From: Raillietiella orientalis
Lineage: Eukaryota
DNA: 64,000 nucleotides
Assembly: GCA_036172245.1 (NCBI GenBank)
Contig: JAYWIR010000003.1
Span: 3,782,001-3,846,000, forward strand
Reading direction: 5' to 3'
Positions within the stretch are counted from its first letter, which is position 1, and every line of letters begins with the position of its first letter. The notes under the pieces were generated by a model. It was given only the letters and a program-made list of their open reading frames with translations. It was not told the origin of the DNA and did not search any database. Shown in pieces: positions 25,314-36,763 of this stretch. Position numbers and translations under genes: made by a program.

Positions 25314-26599
25314 GTCGTTGCTCCAAACGTTCGGTCGCTGAGCTTTGATTTGATTCTTTTCTTGTTGATCTTCCGAGGTTAATGTTGTGTGACGATGAGA
25401 GGTGTGTTTTCGTTTGCAGATCCGAAGTTACTTTCGTGAAAGTCTTCTCATTTCAAAAGGGAAATAGGAGAGTCATTTTTTTCTTTTTTCCTTCTTGTTC
25501 TTTTGGGAAACGATTCTCCGCCGATGTGGATCACGTTGTTTGTGACTTTCTTGTCGGTTCTTGGAATCGTGGTTATCAAAATTTGAGGAAGTAGTGCGGA
25601 AGGAGGGCGGAGGGGTGGCTTTCCTAAGGCGGTGGTACGAGCTGCGTGCATACTGAGGGTATGTCCGGGAATGCCGAAGGCAGTGCTTCCTGTACGAATG
25701 CCGTCTCATGGCTCCTTTCTTTCGGAAAAGGAATAGGGAACTTGGGAGTTGTGGGATCATGGGAAATCTGGACGTTCAAGCTCAGCTCGGAGGAGAATTT
25801 TTTCTTCCCTTGATGGGTACGGTCGACTGGAGATGCGAACGTGCGAAGTGATCCTTCGATTCCGAAAGAGATTGCAGAGTTCTGATGCCCACGTAGAAGC
25901 ACCCTCTATACTTTGGGGGTACGCGTGTCAGGATGTGTCTGGGGTGTCGGCTGTGACATGACATATCACGCGAGCGTTAATCTAGCTAAACTGCTCGCGC
26001 ATCTGGGTGGGTGGAAATTCGCATGCCGAAACACTGGGTTCGTTGCTATCGTCACCCCAATGCCAAGTTCAAGGTGTCCCCGTCATCACTTCGAATGCAC
26101 TGATGCCAGGTACAAATCGTCGATAGGTGTACCGACGACCATGCCATGGATGTTGAATAGTGAGATAGGAATTCATTAATGCACGTAAATGATGCAAATT
26201 TTCGATAGAAGGAAGTTCCTTAGAATATGTTGAAATTATTGTTGGTGAATAATAAGCAGTCTTTTTGGGGAACGTTGGTCCTGTGGGAATTTCGTGGCTA
26301 CTTGACTTCTGTTTCACGAAATTCTTCCGTGTTGTTTATGACCTCTGAATCATGCGTCTTCGTCAGGGGCAGAGATTTCACAGTATTTGGTTCGTCTGTT
26401 TTCGCAGCTGCTTGTAAAGACCTGTGCAGGTGCCCTGGTAGCTCGATAATACGAAGTGTTGTCTCTTCGCCAAGGTTCAGCGATATTCGTTGTCAAGAAA
26501 GCGCATTCTCAGAATTCTGATTTCCAATGGAGAAAGCAAGGATTTCAAATGAATTCCTCACATGCGAGATGCCTATTGGTGCAGGAAGCGGAAGGGAAA

Positions 26600-27445
26600 C
26601 AGGCATCGGTAGTGGCTCACCAACTGAAGATAATGCCTGGGAATAAGGAATTCTGGGACAGGAGGGACTGGCCATGGCGATTCCTCATTTCATAATGGTC
26701 CCTCGAGAGACCTGGAAATGACCGCGAATGACCATCGTTGACTGCGAACAGTTCGCCACGAGAGGCAGTTGCCTCAGAGTGCGACTGCATCACTACAACG
26801 CGAAGATGATGGGAAGATTCAGCCACAGGACCCGAGAGCTCTGAAAACATCAAGCAATGCGTGAGTGCCTGATCACCAGAACCAGCATCCGACATGAAAC
26901 AAAGGGTAAACAGAAAGATGACTCCCTCGACATGGCCTCCAATCGCTACGGGGTGCGAAAGGTGAACCTGCTAAAGGTTGGCTCAAGGAACGACCGGAAG
27001 AGCGACCTACCACCGGACGCTCAGGATGACCTACTGATGTTTTACCATAGAGAAACACTGATTGGCTTCCAGACTGAAGTATTGGACAGGAACCAGCCAT
27101 GACAAGCTCTGCAAGGCACATGGAGCCAGGGAAACCCAGCTTCACGTTCTCATCTTCCCAACGCTGCACCAGGATTGGGTAACACCGAAGGAGGTGACCA
27201 GCCTGCAGGCGAAAACAAAGATGAAAATCTTGAACGGGTTGTTTGAAGGGAGCAAGAATGTTCCCCGATGCAATCCCATGGTCCGTACCACCATCGCCCC
27301 CTTCATCACAAACGTCGTGACAAGAACGGCAAAAATGCAGAACAGCAAAACACGAGTGCCTGCCACGACCATCCTCCGAAGAGCACTGCAGAGAGAAATT
27401 GGAACTGTGGCAGAGTACCCTCCTGGACGTACCGCTACCTCTTGA
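26600..27445 (+). mobile_element. Degraded LINE 3' region (zf-RVT-like)
   Basis: LPPDAQDDLLMFYHR / LASRLKYW...LCKAHGARETQLHVL resembles the L1/Tx1 C-terminal zinc-binding region; frameshifted. Confidence 0.45.
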
Positions 27446-30400
27446 AGAGAAGATGGCGAATGTTGCCCGAGTGAGCGGACTGCCTACCAGACCCAAGTGA
27501 ACCCCTGGCAGCGAGGGGGATCCCGAACGTGGAGAAAGAAAGTGACGCTCAGCGCTCAGTGACGCGTGCAGAAACACTCAACAAAGTGCCTGCACAAGTG
27601 AGATTGTACGAAAGTGGTACAGTAAATTCACCTTACCGCAGGTCGGTCTGGGGACAGCTGCAAGAAATGAAAGTGTGAAAGCGTTAAGTAAGAATAACAA
27701 TTAGAATAATAACTATATTGTTACTAATAAAACGTTTTAAGCAACAAGGATATGTGGTCGTAATTACAACGGGCGTTGCACAGAAGTGCATTGGTGATTA
27801 ATGATTAGTAGTAAGTACGAATCGATGATGAAAGTGTGTACATGACTTTGCGCCGTCGACGAGTTCCGCATCGATCTTTAGCAGAATTCAGAGATGCCGC
27901 TTCAGGCAGGCGAAATGTCGTGTTTCCCTTCTAATTTAAAGGCGCACCAAAGGTCACCGAGAATGATGTCAGCTGCGTCATGAACAAAGGCCCTTCAAAA
28001 CGATGAATCAGTCCATAAACGTTTTTTTTTTTTTTTCCAGCAGACTCTTTTTTGGAATGGAGTAAAAACAGAAGCACAGTAGAATTTTGCTTTTCTTTTT
28101 ACTGTGGCGTGCACCCTTCGTGAATGCTCCAAAACAGTGGTGCAAATCTCCAGAATAAGGACTCTAGAAGTGCAGGAACAGTTGCCAAACTTCCCGGTCC
28201 ATTCGGGCATTTCTGCCGACGCCCGTTAAGTGAAATAGAGAGAAGGAGGGGATAGAACGGGGGATAGGGGGATTCAAGAGTGGCAACAAACGGGATGGTT
28301 CCATCCGAAGGAATCCCCCGGGACTGCTTGAGAAGGGACAGGTGGTTACGGTGGCGACGATGTGCCACGTGCAGAAGCATTTTTTTTTTTTTTTTTTCTT
28401 CGCGCTTCGCACACTCGAGGAAGCGATGAAACTTCGGGCATACGGGGAGCACGACGGCTGCCAGGAGAAAGAGAGGAAAAAAAAAAAAAAAACCTCAACT
28501 ACCACACCAAGAATTATTGAATTTTAATTAAGGAATGGTGGTGGATCGCTGAGATATCTGAAATTGCCGTTTCTGATTCCACTCGTGTTGAATTCCAGCG
28601 ACCAGCAGCTTCGAGCTCGAGAAAACTACGTTCAGGACGGTGTGTGCACAGACATCCTCAGCGAGGCCAACTCGCAAGGGCAGCACAGTAATCTTCTTCT
28701 TACGTTTCGACGGCCCAAGAAGCCACGCTACCACACAACGTGGTTTTCTTTTGTTTCCGAACATTCCTCACCGACCACCTGCTACCGCTCTGTTTGGAAA
28801 AATCGCATTCCGGCCTGGCTCGAGTCAGAAAGCAAATTTAGCTGAACGTCCTTCAGGCAAACCCAGTGAAAGTCTTTTTCAAGGTTGGAAGAGAAGCTGC
28901 TGATTCGGCGGCGTAAACAAATGACACCGCATGTACCGCAAATCATCGATTTTGCCGTGGCGTCTCGTGATGAATCCCTTTAACCCTACTCCGTGGCACA
29001 CGCGATGATCCACACGCTCAGTGGCTCGCGTCCATGCGGGATTCTGCCGTGAGCCACGGGGAAAGCTCTCGATGGGTCGCAAACTCCGATGGGACTGAGG
29101 TAACGGGAAAGTCGCTTCACCAGAGCAGCTGCCTCTGGAATGTGTGTCATCAGGTGCTCATCAGCCGGAAAAAAACAAAATCTCATTTCTGGTGTATTTT
29201 TATCTGCACGAGCACGCTGAAATGCCCCGCGCAGATCGTGCACCATTTCGACACGGGCTGAATCTCCGTGGTGCCACTCTTCCTCAAAGGAGCACTTTCT
29301 AAGGCTCGCCTGAAACGACCAGAATCTCCGAGGAGCCTGCTCAATGGACCACTGATCGAATATGGTACAGAGTCTCGTCTATTGCCTTCGCCGCAATCTG
29401 CTCAACGGTGCGTCTCTCGACTCGCTCGGATTACGTCATGTGCCACAGGGATCATAGGTGATTTTGTAGTCCATGGGTAAATTCCAATGCATGCTGCAGG
29501 CGAAAGGAGAGCAAGAAGGAATTTACACGAAATTCTGCTGACCCTGTTTGGTGATTGCTGTTGATTGTACAAGAATCATTAACTTCTTGGTGCTTTGCGG
29601 CTCCGTTTCGCTCGGTCAGAACGCTCGGAGTAATTTCCGAGGAAACAGCACGCTGGATTTTTTCTTCTTTATTTATTCCAGGGAAGCTGACGTCTGCATC
29701 CAACCGCGAGCTTTCACTTTTCATGATAACAGGAAAGTTTCACTTTCACTTCAACCCTCATTCTCCTCCTTTCTCCTCCTATTAAACCTGGAAATTTCTC
29801 CGATTATTGTTCCAGAAGTTCCAAAATTTTCCTGGATTGGATCCCTATGCGCACGCGAGGCCGCCAGTTTCCTGCAGGACAGGACGCCATTTTACCATCT
29901 GGCGTTTCGAAGGACAGGCTGGCCAGAAGGACCCTGATTTCGCAGACTCGTGGCCTTTCTGCAGGCCACCTCCTTCCGATAGTGAAATGTCTCACCTCAA
30001 ACTGCATCACTTTTTCCGAACGACAACGAAGCGCCCACAAAATGCTTCCTTCCCCTCGGTGAAGTCATGATGTCCAAGAACCGCTGCTCGAAGGAGGGCA
30101 GCTGAGGAAGAAGCCGGGAGCGATGGTGTACAAGTCGATGTCCAGATGGCCACATCGACTGGTATCGTAGCATCACAGTTACATCGAAAACATAAACTAA
30201 AATAAAATCTTCAAAATAATTGCGTGCTCTCGGCTCGCTAATTCCTAAAGAGAGTAGTGAATCATCACAGGAGGTTTGATCAGCTGCCCGGAAGTCATTT
30301 ATTTCCCGTGCTTTAATAAGTTTCTACAGGAACAGAGAGTCAACAGAATGCCACGTTCAGGAGGCTGGGAGAGTCCCGGCACCGTGATGGAGAGATGAGA

Positions 30401-30503
30401 TCGCTTTCCGCCTTTCTCCGTTCCTTCTATTCGGAGGAGCGTTAGTCCTGTCCCTTATCTCTGCTTTCCCAACGCGTTAATGCCTCTTCAATAACTCAAG
30501 GTT

Positions 30504-30534
<31 letters not shown>

Positions 30535-30901
30535 GCAGCGAAGTGCACGGGCAGCAAAATACAAGCTCGCGTTCACACTTGGAAGCCTGTGACGTCACGA
30601 AAATCACCCTCGGGAACGCGATGTTTCTTTTTCGTATGCCGCGAAAGGTGATGTGCTGTTCAAGAACCTCTGGACAGCCACTCGGCAGCAGAATATGTAT
30701 CTGGGCGTATGTAGGCTGAGGAGCGGTCCGTGCAGCGGAATGGCAGCCTAGGCAACCGCCGTCGGACGACTTTCTATGCGGGCATCTTGGCGGGAAGTGC
30801 CACCTCGAATAAGAATTGCATCGGTCGGTGCATGTGAGCTTACGTGAGTGTGTGCGTCCCCTGGAACAAGCGTCACCAGCGTGCAGTTCTGTCTCCAAGT
30901 G

Positions 30902-33900
30902 ATGGGTAAGTAGTGACGTCCAGTAGTCTTAGCTCGCTATTTAGAAAAACGTGACGCTGTCCTTCGAACGTGGGTGCTTTGCGTGCCAAAACGGCGCGCC
31001 GCGAGCCGCGAAACTGAGAATCCGCTTCCCGTTTCGTTGCCGCCGCCGACCACTGTTACAGTGGCTCTCCAGAACCGCCCTCTTGCCACCCCAGAAGGTT
31101 TGCACAAAGTCACGACCCCCCGCCCACCCCGTTTCCCCTCTTCGACTCATTTGCGAGAGCTTTTCAAATGGTGGTTCGGATGCTGGAGAACCCGAAAAGT
31201 TCCTCGGGGTTCCGTGTCACCTCTCTTGGGGAGTCGGCCGGACTTCTTGTGGATTCTCACTTGTCCCTACTGTGGCCGCGTCACGGCGAGACGAAATTCG
31301 CAAGAGGTCGCTCCCGGATCGAAATCGAAAGGCTCCAGGCTCCAGTCGTGGCAGGGGATCTCCTCGTTGGGTCGGCGCCCAGCCATCCCGTTCAAAGCAC
31401 GGAGCCGAGATCGAATCCTTGCATCGTGTCCTTAATCTGTTCCTCTTTCCACTTCCCAGAAGATCGAAATTCGGAACCTGCACGCGCGCGGCAGTGGCGG
31501 AACGCTCAGGAACGTGAGGAAACCGTTATCCGTGCTCCGAAACATCACTCCGAGATCCGCACTCTTGAGCGCCGAATTCAACATTTCCACAGGAACCGAA
31601 GCCGGTCGGCGTCGTCGGTTCTTCCTTTCTTATAGGTAGCAGAAGACCGAGTTGTCGCCGGCCTTCGCGGAGGTCGATGTCTGTCCACGGAACCAAGCAA
31701 AAAAAACTTGTTATAAAAATCAGAGAATCACCTCTTCGTGGTGGAAGACGGTAGAGGTAGATGCTTGTAAGAAAGATGGACTCGACGGCACATCTCGGAA
31801 GTGAAACCCAAGTCCTCAACTTTTCAAACGACGGATGGTGTCGATTGGAATTGGTAGGTTTCGTGTTGTCGAGGACACCAGTCAGAGTGTCAACTGTAAG
31901 TAAAAGTGGCTCTTTCCACATGGTGTTTCATGTGTAGAACTGTAATTCCGTCGATGGAAATGACAATCCGCCTTACTCTTCGGTAACAGCACGACGCTCT
32001 CAGCATTATCAATGCTACAAAGTGGAATCGCAGTGGTGAATCGTAACTCCATTTGAATGGATGCGTGCTTTGGTTCCTATTTAAATATGCAGGAACTTGC
32101 AGTGTCAGCAAGCATGAGGAGGCTCCAGCACTCCGACGATCGACGTCGGGTGAATCTGGAAAATGCATCCCTTGTCTCAGTGCTAAAGAGTAGCCTGTCT
32201 TGCTTGTGTAGTATCGTTCTTTCCTATTTGAAGATCAACTCGGAAGGGGAGGGAGAAAGAAGGGTGCTGTTTGTTGATCCCGGTCACTGATTTCGAAAAG
32301 CAAAGGATTCAACACACCGCTGCGGTATGAGGTTCCGGCACAAGGACGGGAAGAAAAAGGGCAATGGTGTCATTGGGGTTATTTAATCGTTCGAAACGAC
32401 CGTTTCCTGTAATCGCGTTGCCCTCTTTACCTGACTCATTTGGGAGAGATGATGCAGGGAAGCTGTGCGATTTTCACTTCATGATTCGGTTGAACGAGTG
32501 AAACTTCTTGCCATTTGAGTGGCAAAGTTGAAAGCTGCGTGCGGTATGTGGTAAAAGAAGGGAATGTCTTCTGCATAACAGCACTGCATCCGTGGAAATT
32601 CTTTCCATTCGGTTGTTGTTGTTTTTTTTTTTTTTTATTTATGCCAACACCGCCTCAATTGTCATGCTAAAAGGCCTTTGTCTCCAGCCACCACCGTGGT
32701 TCAGCAGCCCCAAAGCACCCTGTTACGATCTCTTGGAAAGATGGAAACGATGGGAATAAACTGCCACAAGTACTGCGGATCTCTGGTTTCCGTGTACTCT
32801 CTTCACGTCCGAAGCAAAGAAACGATTTCAGACGACCACATGATGGAAACTCTGTTGGGGATTTTCAGGTAAACCCTACAAGTAGGGAAGTTCGATAGGT
32901 GGCTGCTTTAAGAGAGAGATGCGTTGTGGGGAAAAGCCGACGCGAGCTTCGATGTGTCGATGGTTTTTTGGTTACGCCGTCCCTCTTTGCGAGGTGCCAG
33001 CGATGCGTTTCACGTCTTTTAAATGCACGTCTTGCGGATTCGCGACTGGCATCCCTAGTGGTATGCCGAACAAACTGGCAAAGCTGGTAAACAAAAGATC
33101 GAAGAAGGCAAACGTGGGAACGCCTGGTTGCCAAAGAGAGAGGAGGCAGAGAAAAAAATTCTTTTTTTTTTTGCAGCAGTATTTTTTTTTTTTTTGGCTT
33201 TCTTGATAATTCTGCAAAGGTGAACAGCATGATCAGGAAAGCGGCTGCTCTTTAGAGACCATTCGGAGCTGAACGCCGTAAAGGCATCTGCATCTGTTCA
33301 GCCACATCCGAGCTGCTGTATTCCTAATCCTTCATTAGGATGATGGTTTAGAAGCGCTGATGATGATTCACGATCCACGTTGCATCTGCACATCGAAAAC
33401 GCGTTAGGAAAAAAAAAAAAGAATTTCTCCAGATAGCAAAAGAGATGAATGCCGCAGAAGCTGCCCGGAACGGTAGGTCGAGTTGGGGTCATTTTGGGTA
33501 CGAAAGTTTTCAAAAAAAAAAAAAAAAAAAACGGATGTGTCGTCAGAAAGCAAGCGGAATTCTGACGACATTCAATCCAAGATCGCCCTTTTCCGGAAAT
33601 TCCGTTGGTGCTGTCGCAGTGAAAATATTGGGGACTTCGAAAAAAACGCGGCATTCCTCGTGATTGGCTGACCATTGGTCTAAGGTGGCCTTCCCGAGAT
33701 GAATGGGAAAATCCAAATCGCGTTCGCGAACTGCTCGATTTCTCTTTTCTCGCGAGAGCATTGCTATCTTGGAAAGGGAAGGGGAGGGGGAAGAAAATGC
33801 AGGCAGCCACCGCGTAAGTCTTTAGAGAGCTTCTCCTTTCACAGATGCCCCAGAGGAAAAATCTTTCCGAAGGTCACTCCGTTTCCTGATGCTCGTGTTG

Positions 33901-36674
33901 TATCATTGCGTGATTAAAAGGGAAAACCGAATGCTTCGCACCTTAGGAGCCATTGGTTACCACTCACGAAGTCCCTGCGCGGTCTACTGCATCTCTCGAA
34001 GAGCTCGGGAAACCTTCCCCCCCCCCCCACTTTTTACATAGGTCGGAACGCTAATCTGAACAGAGAAGCAGCGCTTACTTGGTGAGGTTTCATTGCTAGA
34101 TCTTCGCCAGACGTTTGCAACTGACAGTGCCCTAGAAAGCATCTTCCTTTCCTTTGGTGGGCAAGATCAGGTGGCTGAGATAACGAGGAACATTCGGGTG
34201 TTTATTTAAAGCAATCATTTAGTACGATGCTGATTTTTGGGTCAAGGTTAATCAGATAAAGTTCTGCAAGGCTGTTCTCTGCCTTGGTGCAGCTTTCTAG
34301 AAAAAGTTCGGGAAAGCCATGTCGGCTGGAGTCCCTTTCGGATTCCAAGATTTCATCCAAATTGATCTGAACCGTACGCCGACTCCCCTGTCGTGGTCGA
34401 TACGAAATTTTGGAATCGTTTCGTGGAATCCACGAAGTCTGAACATCACAAAAACATCAGGATGCACGTCTCCTCCCACCTAGGGCAAGCCAAGCGTGTT
34501 AAACGGGCACACCACCCTCCGTGGCCGCCTCGGAACTTCCCATTTGCGCCGTTTGTCTCGCGACCAAGTTGCCAAAGATCGTCGCCCTCCCCCCCCACTA
34601 TGTAGCGAACGCATGCAGCGCGCTGGCACGCCGGGGCGTGGAAGAGCCCTCGAAGGTGCATGTCGAACACGACCGCGTTGAACACGTGTCCTGAAGAAGC
34701 ACGTCAGGAATTTGCATCGCCGAGGCAAACGTCACGGGAGTCTGTGACTGCGAAGCTGGCCGGAGTGCACGGATCCAGTTTCCGGGAACGGAGAACGGTG
34801 GCCCACCAGCATAATCGCTTTAGACATCCCAGTTTTAGAGATGTCGTTGAGATCACGATTGATGCTGATTTCGTGTATGTGTGTGTGTGGGGGGGGGGGG
34901 AGAGGGGTACGGATGCGAAGTATGAAAGAGCAACATACCCCTATACGAATACGCTGGGAGCATGCCAAAGGCAAAAAGACTTCAAAGCTCACAAGGAGCG
35001 GATTTGTTGGTAACCTTATTTAAACAAAAAAAAAAACGAAACAAAACAAAATGCAAAATTCCAATGTGCGAATTCTGGGAGGAAGAGTGTACACATTAAT
35101 ACAGTGGAGCAAACTGTGGTACTGTTTTGATCTGTTCGCCTTTCGCTAACCGCTGCTAAGCTGCCGGAGATTGGTTTCGGGAAATCGGGATTCGAAACAG
35201 AGTGGTCCAGAGAGACGAAATGGATGAAACTCTTCGCACCTGCTGCCTGTGCGGCAGCAGCTTGTTCGGGAGCCGTGCAACCGAAAAATCCAGCCAAGGG
35301 CGTTTCGCACGCGCGAAACCGACCGGATGTGTGATACGTGTGTGTGTGTGCATGTGGAACACGCTCAGGGACTGTTTCGTCGTTTTGCCCCGTGCACTAA
35401 GAGTAGCCGACTGATAACTTCAGAAAACGACCTCTCGTTTCAGGAAGTTCCAGCATCTCAGATGCCGCCTCGATGAGATAAACGGAAGATACTACTTCCG
35501 CGAAATGCAGTCAGCGAAGATAGATTACAAAAGGACAGACGAATACAACTGGAAGAGCGCTCACGAGCAGCTCCTGTGCAAAACTTACGATCTTTATCAA
35601 GGCCCCCTGTGGTGCTGTCGCCTGCTACCCATGCTGCCTGGATATCTGGAGGACACGGACTCTTGTTTCACGGACACGTTGTCGTACGTCGTGATGTTCG
35701 CATTCATGCATTCCATCACTGATGGAACGTCGAACGTGAAGATGCTCGGGCATTTCATGCGCATACTCAACACTGTGATGGAAGGGAAGATCCACGAAGA
35801 ACAAGAACTCCTCTTGTTTCCCAATATGGATAAGCTACTGCCTCCAGAAGAAATCAAGATTCACATCACCGATATATGGTGCATAATTAGAGAAGTCTGG
35901 AGTTTCATATTCCATCGCAGGACACCGTTTTACGAAGCCTATCCTCCTCCTGCCGGAGAGAAAGGAGCAACAAAGATGGTGTACAAAATTTTGAGCGAGG
36001 AAACCACCGCGGGTCTCTTGAGAAGATGCAAGGAAGAGAAGGTGACGGTGCACAGCGCATTCACCTTAGCAGCGTCGTGCGCTATGGTCGACATGATAGC
36101 CGAAGAGACGGGCAACCGCGGCGACATCTACCTGAAGATCGGGCACGCAGTGAACGTACGCCGGTTCATCCAGAGAGACATGAGCAACGCCTTCGGCGCG
36201 TATTTCGTGCTGCTCATTCATGGGCTGACCGTCGAGAAAAACTCTTGGGAAGCCTTTTGGAGCCACGCTCGAGACTACAACGAACGGTTGCACCGCGAAC
36301 TGAACAACGGGTCCACCTTGCAAAGCAAGCGCGTTCTCGAGCTGTGCTTCAGCAACCCCGAGATCGTCATAGAGAGCCAGAGAGGTCAGGGACAGAACTG
36401 CAAGTACGAATTCGGAACCAGCAACCTCGGGCAGATAGACCACATGCTAAAGTCCACAGAAAGTCCTGTAGAATCCGTGGCCGTTTGCCGTTCCACCGCA
36501 TTCCACTTCATGGGCTCAGGGTTCACGCACAACTTGCAAACTTATCGTGGCAGACTCAATTACACCCTGGATTATTTCACCAACGTTGTCAGTCAAGTTG
36601 TTGCCGAAGAATACAGTAGAAGAGTTGTCGAGTTGCTTTGCAAGATAGGAAACGGCAAAAAGACAGACGTCTGA
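30902..36674 (+). CDS. CoA-dependent acyltransferase, condensation/AATase-like, spacer paralog, ~471 aa; join(30902..30905,32688..32868,35444..36674)
   Basis: Exon 32688-32868 (TTVVQQPQSTLLRSLGKMETMGINCHKYCGSLVSVYSL...IFR) is homologous to exon 1 of the arm copy. Phase-2 intron AG|gtaaac...tttcag|G leads into KFQHLRC...GPLWCCR...FMHSITDGTS...TSNLG...MGSGFTHNLQTYRGRL. The putative start exon ATGG|gtaagt is phase 1 and matches the acceptor tctccag at 32687; this first exon is less certain. Confidence 0.88.
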
Positions 36675-36757
36675 TTGCAAGAATACGGAACCGACTACTT
36701 AAAAAGGCACGGGGACTGAGCCCCATCGCTTCAGCAATCTCGGTTCCTTTTGCAATC

Positions 36758-36763
36758 AATAAA
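36758..36763 (+). promoter_or_regulatory. Polyadenylation signal of the spacer acyltransferase
   Basis: AATAAA ~85 nt after the stop codon, followed by a T-rich tract. Confidence 0.6.

Noticed and set aside
32206..32220. GTGTAGTATCGTTCT resembling the U2 snRNA branch-pairing region
   Set aside because: Only 15 nt with a gap; no flanking U2 sequence.
32696..32698. Non-AUG (GTG in CCACCGTGG) start for the spacer paralog
   Set aside because: An upstream acceptor at 32687 and a phase-matched ATGG|gtaagt exon at 30902 give a simpler model.
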